Notes under the pieces: model-generated | Told to the model about the DNA's origin: nothing | Seen by the model: the letters and a program-made list of their open reading frames with translations, nothing else | Databases searched by the model: none | NCBI GenBank assembly: GCA_963845325.1 | Contig: CAWJRT010000001.1 | Coordinates: forward strand, 192,486 to 256,485 | DNA length: 64,000 nt | Reading direction: 5' to 3' | From: an uncultured Spirochaetota bacterium | Lineage (GTDB): Bacteria > Spirochaetota > Spirochaetia > SZUA-6 > Fen-1364 | Position numbers and translations under genes: made by a program | Shown: piece by piece, positions 59,694 through 64,000 of the stretch | How positions within the stretch are numbered: the stretch's first letter is position 1 | Layout: each line of letters opens with the position of its first letter

Positions 59694-61230
59694 TCAGCGC
59701 GTGAGCCCGATCGTCACGTCCGTCCCCTGCCGCGTGATCTTGAAGGTCACGTCCTTCCTGCTCTTGTCGTTGAGCGCCTTGTAGAAATCCATGACCGTGT
59801 GCACGTCCCGCCCGTTGATCTGGGTGATGACGTCGTACGGGCGGAACCCCGCAACCGCCGCGGGCGACTGGTCATCCGGTGTGCTGCCCGCGGCGACGTA
59901 GCCGATCATGACCCCGTCCACGCCCGCGGGAATGCTCGTGTCGCCCGACTGCTGGCGGACCTGGTCATTCACGTGGACGACGGTGAGCCCCGGGCCACAG
60001 GTTCTTGTACGAAAGGGCATCGCTGCCCTCGTCGGGCCGCACGGCCAGGCGGATGGTGAGCTTGACCCGCTCGCCGTTGCGGACGAGCTCGAAATCGTAG
60101 GGCTTGTCAGCCAGGAGGTCACCGACGACCTGGGTGAGCTTGTTCGCGTTCGCGATGTCCTGTCCGTTCACCCGGGTGATGTAGTCCCCGGGCAGCAGGC
60201 CCGCCTTCTCGCTGGGCTGGCCGCGGTACACGTTGAGGAGCATCGCCCCCTTGACGGCATCCACCCGCAGGTCCTTCCCCACGCCGGGGTATGTGTCGGC
60301 GTTCGGATCGGCGATCTGTACGCCCAGCCAGCCGTATTCGACCTTGCCCTTGTTGATGAAATCGTTGATGGCCTTCTTGGCGTTGTTGATCGGAACGGCG
60401 AATCCGAGGCCGATGCTCCCGCCGTGGGCGCGGCGATCCAGGTGTTGATGCCGATGACCTCGCCCTTGATGTTGACCAGCGCGCCGCCCGAGTTTCCCTG
60501 GTTGATGGCCGCGTCGGTCTGGATGTAGTCGGTGTTCGTCGCGACATCCGTGGACGGGCTGCTGCGTCCGACGGCGCTGACGATGCCCATGGTCACGGTG
60601 TTCTCGAATCCGAACGGATTGCCGACCGCCAGGACGAGGTCCCCGACCTGCAGCTCGCCCGAGTCGCCGAGATCCGCAACGGGCAGCTCGGTGCTGCTGG
60701 TGAAGGAGACGACCGCGAGGTCCCGCCGCGTGTCCTTGCCGACGAGCTTCACCTTGCTGAACGTCGTCTGGTCCTGGAGCTTCACGGTGATCGTGGAGGC
60801 GCTGCCGACGACGTGGTTGTTCGTGAGAACGTAGTAGGTGTCACCGGACCGCTTCACGATGATGCCCGAGCCGAGGCCCTGCTGGATGCGCGGCTGGCCG
60901 CCCCTGTTGCCCGGCTGCTGGTTGAAGAACCAGTCGAACGGGTTCACCGTCTGCTGGTTGCCCGCCTGTTCCGTGACGTCCACTTCCACGACGACGGGGA
61001 GGACCTTCTTTGCGACTTCACGGAAAGAATACTGGATCGTGGCAAGGTTCTTCGTGGCCTCGGCCAGGGCCTGGGGATTCGCGGGCTGTGCCGCGCTCGA
61101 TGCGCCCTGCGGAGGAGTCCTGAGCCGCTGGTCTTTTCCCCCTGCCCGGCTGACCACGTCAGGGCTGGAACGGCGGCCAGGATGGCAACGGCGGCAACCG
61201 CGATGAACGGTCAGATCGTCGAGGTCTCAT
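59694..61230 (-). pseudogene. htrA: HtrA/DegP-family serine protease with two PDZ domains, at least four frameshifts
   Basis: Catalytic residues in NNHVV, RRDLAV and GNSGGAL (ORF 60168..61157). Then GGSIGLGFAVPINNAKK...PDZ (ORF 59965..60282 frame). Then a second PDZ (ORF 59694..60122). Frame switches fall near 61205, 61150, 60422 and 59998. Confidence 0.85.
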
Positions 61231-61355
61231 TTCTGTCTGTCCTCCTGTGTACTAAGATATCCATTATAGGTTCTGGCATGGGCGGGACGTGTGTTAATTT
61301 TCGTTAATCTGGTACCATGGCCGGCGCATCGTGTCCAGAGCGCGGAGGCATCCCG

Positions 61356-62150
61356 GTGAGCAACGACCAGATCAAGAAGGCCCTCCTGTCCCTGCGGAAG
61401 AGCGCGCACGATTTCACCGTGATCCTGTCGGGCAAGAAGAGCAGGAAGGTCCACGGCCTGTACAAGCCGGACACCCGCGAGATCATCATCCACAACAAGA
61501 ACTTCAAGAACGACAACGAGATGATGTACACGGCCATCCACGAGTACGCGCATCACCTCCAGTTCACCACGTCCGTCACGCCGATCTCGGTCCGCACGCA
61601 CACCACCGCCTTCTGGAACCTCCTGCACACGCTGCTCTTCGAGGCGGAGGAAAAGGGCATCTACACCAATCCCTTCGAGAGCATCGAGGAGTTCCGGGCA
61701 CTCACCGGGCAGATCCGCAGCAGGTTCCTGGAAGGAAGCGGGACCCTCATGAAGGAGCTCGGGAAGCTCCTCGTGCAGGCGCACGAGCTGTGCGAGAAGC
61801 ACGGGACGAGCTACTCCGACTACCTCGACCGGGTTCTCGCCCTTCCCCGGACGAGCGCCAGTGTCATCGTGAAGGCGCACACCCTGGACCTGGATCCCCG
61901 CGTCGGGTTCGAGAACATGCGCACCCTCGCCTCGATCCGGGACGAGGGCTCCCGCGGGAAGGCCCAGGAGGAGCTGCGCGCCGGGCACAGCCCGGACATG
62001 GTGAAGGCGAAATACGGGCCCGCGGCGCCTCCGAAGGATCCGCGCGACGCCCTGCAGGCCGAACGGGAGCGGATTGAAAAGAGCATCGACCGCATGAAGA
62101 AGCGGCTGAAAGAGATCGAGAAGCGGCTCTCCGAGCTGGAGAAGGAGTGA
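61356..62150 (+). CDS. SprT-like HExxH protein with helical and coiled-coil C-terminus
   Basis: GTG 61356 lies 7 nt after GGAGG (ORF-track ATG is 61317). ...VHGLYKPDTREIIIHNKNF...MMYTAIHEYAHHL... C-terminal ERERIEKSIDRMKKRLKEIEKRLSELEKE. Confidence 0.55.
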   Translation: MSNDQIKKALLSLRKSAHDFTVILSGKKSRKVHGLYKPDTREIIIHNKNFKNDNEMMYTAIHEYAHHLQFTTSVTPISVRTHTTAFWNLLHTLLFEAEEKGIYTNPFESIEEFRALTGQIRSRFLEGSGTLMKELGKLLVQAHELCEKHGTSYSDYLDRVLALPRTSASVIVKAHTLDLDPRVGFENMRTLASIRDEGSRGKAQEELRAGHSPDMVKAKYGPAAPPKDPRDALQAERERIEKSIDRMKKRLKEIEKRLSELEKE

Positions 62151-62158
62151 CTTCCCTC

Positions 62159-62672
62159 ATGGATGTGTTCGAGGCAATCGCAGCGCGAAAGAGCGTCCGG
62201 GTCTTCCTCGACAGGCCAGTCGGGGACGACATCCTGGAGCAGGTCCTGGACGCGGCACGCGCGCGCACCCTCCGCGAGGAACGCGCAGGAGTGGAGATTC
62301 GTCGTGGTACGCGACAGGGCCGTGCGAGAAAGAATCGCAGCCGAGGCTGCCCGGCAGCCGTTCATCGGCACCGCGGGCATTCTCCTTGCCTGCTGCGCCG
62401 TGACGGACGGCAGGATCATGCGCTGCGGGCAGGCGGCGTACCCGATCGACGTGGCCATCGCGATGGATCATCTCAGCCTGGCCGCGGCTGCCCTCGGGCT
62501 GGGAACCTGCTGGATCGGTTCGTTCGACGAGGAGCGCGTCAAGCAGATCCTCGGTATTCACGCCGGTGTGCGCGTGGTCCAGCTCATGCCGCTGGGATGG
62601 CCGGATGATCCGTCTCCTGTTCCCAAGTCACGGCTCAGCTTCGGGGAGATCGTGCGCTGGGAACGCTGGTAG
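62159..62672 (+). pseudogene. nitroreductase family protein, frameshift near 62263
   Basis: MDVFEAIAARKSVRVFLDRPV...VLDAARA (ORF 62147 frame) joins APSARNAQEWRFVVV...LGLGTCWIGSF (ORF 62163..62672). Confidence 0.75.
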
Positions 62673-62681
62673 GAAGGCGGC

Positions 62682-63387
62682 ATGCCAAAGCTCGAGATCA
62701 GCAAGGTCCACGATGCATATGCGCGGGGAGGCGAGTGCCCGCTCTGCGACCTCGAAGAGGCCGCAGAGAAAACGTACCTGCAATCGTTCCAGCATTCACG
62801 TGTCATGGAACCCGAACGTTCGCGTGCAGACGAACCGGACGGGCTTCTGCCGCGGGCACTATCAAAAGCTGTACGACGGGGAGAACAAGCTCGGGCTCGG
62901 CCTCGTCGTGCATACGCATCTCCAGCACATCCTTCCCCGGGTCGGTGCGGCGCTTGACGCCATGGCAAGGGCGGCGAATGGACGCAAGGCGAGGGAGCTT
63001 TTGCCCGCGGCCGCCGCGCCGCTGGCGGCATTGCGCGATTCGTGTTTCATCTGCGAGCTTCTTTCTGCTGACATGCAGCGGTACGCATTCACGGTTCTCT
63101 ACTTGTGGAGCAGGGATGCCGGGTTTTCCGACGTGTTCCGCGCCTCCCGCGGATTCTGCATCCCTCATTTCCTGGTGATTCTTGACGAGGCGTCGAAGTC
63201 CCTGAAAGCGGACGGGATGGCGGGCTGGCTTGCAGAAACGACTCCCCTCATGAAGGCCAGCCTTGATCGGCTGGAAAAGGAGCTTCACGCATTCACCCAG
63301 CTCCACCAGGCAGGAAACTCGAATCCCGGCACGGATGCCGAGAAGACCGCGCTCCGGCGGACGCTCCAGAAGCTCACCGGCTGTTAG
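62682..63387 (+). pseudogene. conserved hypothetical protein with CPLC and CFIC cysteine pairs, frameshift near 62814
   Basis: MPKLEISKVHDAYARGGECPLCDLEEAAEKTYLQSFQHSRVMEP (ORF 62682) joins NVRVQTNRTGFCRGHYQKL...LRDSCFICELL...GFCIPHF (ORF 62566..63387 frame). Confidence 0.5.
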
Positions 63388-64000
63388 GCCCTTGCACGCA
63401 CTCTCTCCACGATGGCTTGAAAATCCGCAGGGACTCCCGCCACGATGCGCACTTCAGCTCCGGTGACCGGATGAATGAAGCCCGCGCGCCGAGCATGCAG
63501 GCAGTGCCGCAGCACAGAGGTTTTCCCGAGCTCTTCCGCCGCGCCCAGCGCAGCGACGAAGAGCGCCTCGTCCTTGTACAGGAGGTCCCCGCTGACGGGG
63601 TGGCCAAGGGCCGCGAAGTGGACGCGGATCTGGTGCTGGCGGCCGGACAGCGGGAAGACGCGCACGAGGGTGTGACCGGGCAGGCGCTCGATGACCACGT
63701 ACCGGGTCGCTGACTTCTTGCCGTCGCTTCGAGGCGCCATTTTCACGCGTACCCCGCTCATCCGGTCGGGCCCGAGGGGAAGGTCGATGACGCCTTCGTC
63801 ATCGTCCATCGCATCCCTCGACGAGCGCGATGTACTCGCGCGCGATGAGCCGGCGCTCGACCAGCGCCTGCATCGCCCCGTGCATGGCGCGGGTTTTTGC
63901 AACCAGCACGATGCCGCTCGTGAACACGTCAAGGCGGTTCACCAGCGAAGGGTAGAAGGACACATCTCCCCGCTCCAGGCTCTCGCGGATCGCCGCGTCC
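63384..64000 (-). pseudogene. RluA-family pseudouridine synthase, N-terminus beyond the window, frameshift near 63822
   Basis: From the window edge: ...SLVNRLDVFTSGIVLVAKTRAMH...REYIALVEG. ORF 63384..63932 continues with MDDDEGVIDLPLG...SGRQHQIRVHFAALGHPVSGD...LHA. Confidence 0.8.

Overview
High-GC bacterial chromosomal segment (most 60-nt lines I hand-counted exceed 60% G+C), gene-dense on both strands. 0-24 kb is mostly housekeeping: a CUT1 sugar ABC operon, alr, ilvC, a DEAD-box-like/DbpA protein, trmB, infA, argJ, purC, clpP, mtnP, an HD-GYP protein, era and tRNA-Cys. 24-59 kb is accessory. It holds a secreted LamG / 2Fe-2S / DOMON trio, nth, argR, and tRNA-Pro plus tRNA-Arg followed by a low-GC islet. 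The islet encodes a mosaic Ig-like surface protein with a 543-bp in-frame tandem duplication. Next come two sugar-uptake/catabolic loci unusually rich in URO-D-like (3) and neutral-ceramidase-like (2) paralogs. These loci also carry an FGGY kinase, a D-lyxose-isomerase-like cupin, NagA/NagB-like enzymes, a mutarotase-like protein and a membrane fatty-acid desaturase and hydroxylase. A second low-GC mosaic patch carries a Big_2/LamG protein. The right end has htrA, a SprT-like protein, a nitroreductase and an RluA-family synthase. Roughly 35-40 single-base frameshifts interrupt otherwise recognisable genes, concentrated at 8-24 kb and 59-64 kb. Those genes are reported as full-span frameshifted loci; assembly indels are the likeliest cause. 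I saw no CRISPR array, integrase, intact transposase or recognisable defence system. The best candidate for undescribed biology is the regulator-less URO-D-like/ceramidase-like catabolic supercluster. Other candidates are a set of apparently leaderless promoters (one with an FNR-type box at -41.5) and an orphan promoter-terminator unit upstream of clpP.
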